Position numbers and translations under genes: made by a program. 64,000 nucleotides of DNA from Antedon mediterranea (taxonomy: Eukaryota; Animalia; Echinodermata). Under the pieces are notes generated by a model, which saw nothing but the letters and a program-made list of their open reading frames with translations, was not told the origin of the DNA and ran no database searches. Each line of letters starts with the position of its first letter. Position 1 is the stretch's first letter. The DNA is taken from contig NC_092673.1 of assembly GCF_964355755.1 (NCBI RefSeq), positions 32,113,648 to 32,177,647 on the forward strand, given 5' to 3'. Positions 61,800 through 64,000 of the stretch are shown here, in pieces.

Positions 61800-62000
61800 A
61801 AGGATACAGGTCAACCCGTACCCATGCCAACAACGTACCCAAATTTTGGTTTACTCATACCCAAAACGTTGGTCCACTCCATGCACATCATGGGCTGGCT
61901 CGTACTCATCACGGGCTGGCCTGTACCCATGTTTAATGCTATTAAAAGTATATTTATATTACATACGGGTTGGTTTAGGTACGGGTTGACCAGCACACCC
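61800..62000. mobile_element. Small MITE with (TCGTACCCAT)-type subrepeats
   Basis: GGTCAACCCGTACC...GGTACGGGTTGACC inverted ends; related fragments at ~62015-62050 and ~62418-62460. Confidence 0.5.
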
Positions 62001-63717
62001 TAGCTATAATACGGGTCAAACCGTACCAATGGCTGCCAACTCGTACCCATCAGCCATCATGGATGGGCTAGAATACTACTTACAGGTTAGGTTAGCCTAG
62101 CTGAGCTAACCTACCTCACCTCTCTCGAAAATGCGACCGAAATTACTGAAGCCCAGGCCTAATTAACTAGAGCAACTAACCAACCAGGCCTACTTAATTT
62201 AAAATTAACTCTATAGGCCTAGGCTAGCTAGCCCTCTAGATAGATTAATTAGTGATCCGTAGTAGTGGGCTAACACCTTTGGCTCTACTACGAGGCCTTT
62301 TTATGCTCATAGGATAGCTTTTTTTGCGGCGTACCTAATGTAGGCCTATGCCTATCTAGGCCTAGGCCAGATTTCCCATTCTCGCAGGACTATAGCCTAT
62401 GCTCTAGTAGGGCTAGTGGGTGTACCCTGGTCGACTCGTACCCATGCCAACTCGTACTTAACTTCCTACCCACCCCCTCATACCACCCAAATAATTGGTT
62501 GATTTCACGCTAGTAGGCCTAGCCTAGCTACGATATTCATTATGCCCTGCTAAAAAAGTAGATGAGCTACTAAACAAATTACGTAATTCGTACAATAATT
62601 GACTAGGCTAGGCCTAGGCTAGGCCTTTCTTGCATGGCAATACCAAAACCTGTTACTATTCTGGTTGCCGAGTGGATTTTATATTGAATATAGTCTATAA
62701 CGTTACAAATTGTCTCCAGATAGGAACCTAATGACAGCGATATCGTGTATTAAAAGTACTTAATACAGTCAGATAGGTCTCTGGTAGACTGTCGACAGTC
62801 TTCCACGTTGAGTGTACTAACAGCAACAGAATCGGGTGACGTTCTATATAAACATCAGATAAGCCGTTGATTCCATCTCCCAAAAACGTGCCAATATTTG
62901 TTATAACGTAAAAGATAGCCCAACTGTCCACTAGAGAGAGAGTTTATTGAATTACAATATTCTGTCTGTCATCGAAAAATATATGATATACATTTAATTT
63001 TTTTAATGTAATATTTCCAGACGGTGACAAATATGTCTTGACTATAATATACATCATACCGTTTTGAATGTCCGTTTAAAAATAGCAGAGAAATGCAGTT
63101 TGTTTTAATATAGATATAGGCCTAATATGCAGTTTGTCCACCAGAGGGAGCTTTTGGACCAAAGTTCTTTTTAACTAAATAATTTGTCTAGGACTGGTGT
63201 GATCGTGTATTTCAGCTTGGATGGGTAGGGGGTGGGGGAGTTCATGTTTGGTCGATAACATGTTGAACGGAGGGGGTGGAAGGGGGTATGGTGTGTAGGG
63301 ATAGGCCTACACCGTGTGTAACTGAAGTGTCTACCAGAGAGAGTTTAAGGGCATCTTTACATACATTTGTATTTAGTACATTTATATCGATCAATTACAA
63401 ATAGCAACAGGTACGTTCTATATGAACATCAGATAAGCCGTTGATTTCATCGCCCAAAAACGTGGCTCGTCATCACCCGAAGTAAATATTATTTCATAAG
63501 GCCGTTGAAACCTACAATGTAAAATTGAAAAGATGTTAAGAAGAGATAAAATGAATAAAATATTCACACACTAAAGCCAAATTTATATAAATTATGCAAT
63601 ATATAAGGATGCAGTAGACAACGAACAAATGATTTAATTTAGGAACCATGATCGACAAAGTACTGGAACAATAAATGTAACATGGTTATGAAAACATTTT
63701 AAGAACGAAATACTTAC

Positions 63718-64000
63718 TCATCATCCGACACAGCAATTATGTCTCCAAGCATGTCTTTCTTTTGTACCACATTTTTAATTACCAACGATGACGTTGATTC
63801 CAGTTTTTTTACGTCTTTGTATTCAGTGACGATTAAGCCACTTGCCTCCACCCTTTCATTTAGAGTGAAGGCAACGTCGGTGTGGTCACCCCACAGGTTC
63901 ACCTCAATGGTATCCGGCCCATCGCTTATATGGATTGTGCGTAAACGTTTATTTTCGCCAACTGTTCTCACTTCGCCAATATAAGACACGTTTCCCTCAG
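63718..64000 (-). CDS. OB-fold (RPA/SSB-like) exon, 5'-partial
   Basis: LRGNVSYIGEVRTVGENKRLRTIHISDGPDTIEVNLWGDH...VEASGLIVTEYKDVKKLESTSS; ends at donor GA|gtaagt. Confidence 0.55.

Overview
AT-rich animal genomic DNA with spliceosomal introns, probably a marine invertebrate; the tandem death-effector-like exon suggests an echinoderm such as a crinoid (inference). 1-25.4 kb: the 3' two-thirds (15 exons, 676 aa plus stop) of a cytosolic-type valyl-tRNA synthetase-like gene. Its reading frame is intact, but several normally invariant motifs are altered and the C-terminal coiled coil is truncated. Its introns hold SINEs, MITEs and Helentron-type non-autonomous elements (HINEs), including a 12.3 kb nested HINE pile. 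26-29.7 kb: a decayed tandem-DED exon, a Helitron remnant and a degenerate duplicate of the last four ValRS exons; a third, inverted exon copy lies at 43 kb. 30.6-42.3 kb: an apparently intact 11.7 kb Mutator (MULE) transposon with a 10-bp TSD. Its predicted 9-exon, ~1361-aa protein joins a herpes-tegument-like cysteine protease domain and an array of SUMO-interacting-motif-like mini-exons to a DDE/SWIM transposase; this is the top finding. 44.3-46.7 kb: self-nested MITEs of that MULE. 46.8-58.7 kb: an Academ (XPG/FEN1-type) transposon disrupted by a young intact Gypsy LTR element with non-canonical CG...CG termini and a 3-bp TSD. The window ends inside an OB-fold exon on the minus strand. All exon models are hand-spliced from GT-AG sites and frame continuity, and domain calls come from motif recognition, not database searches.
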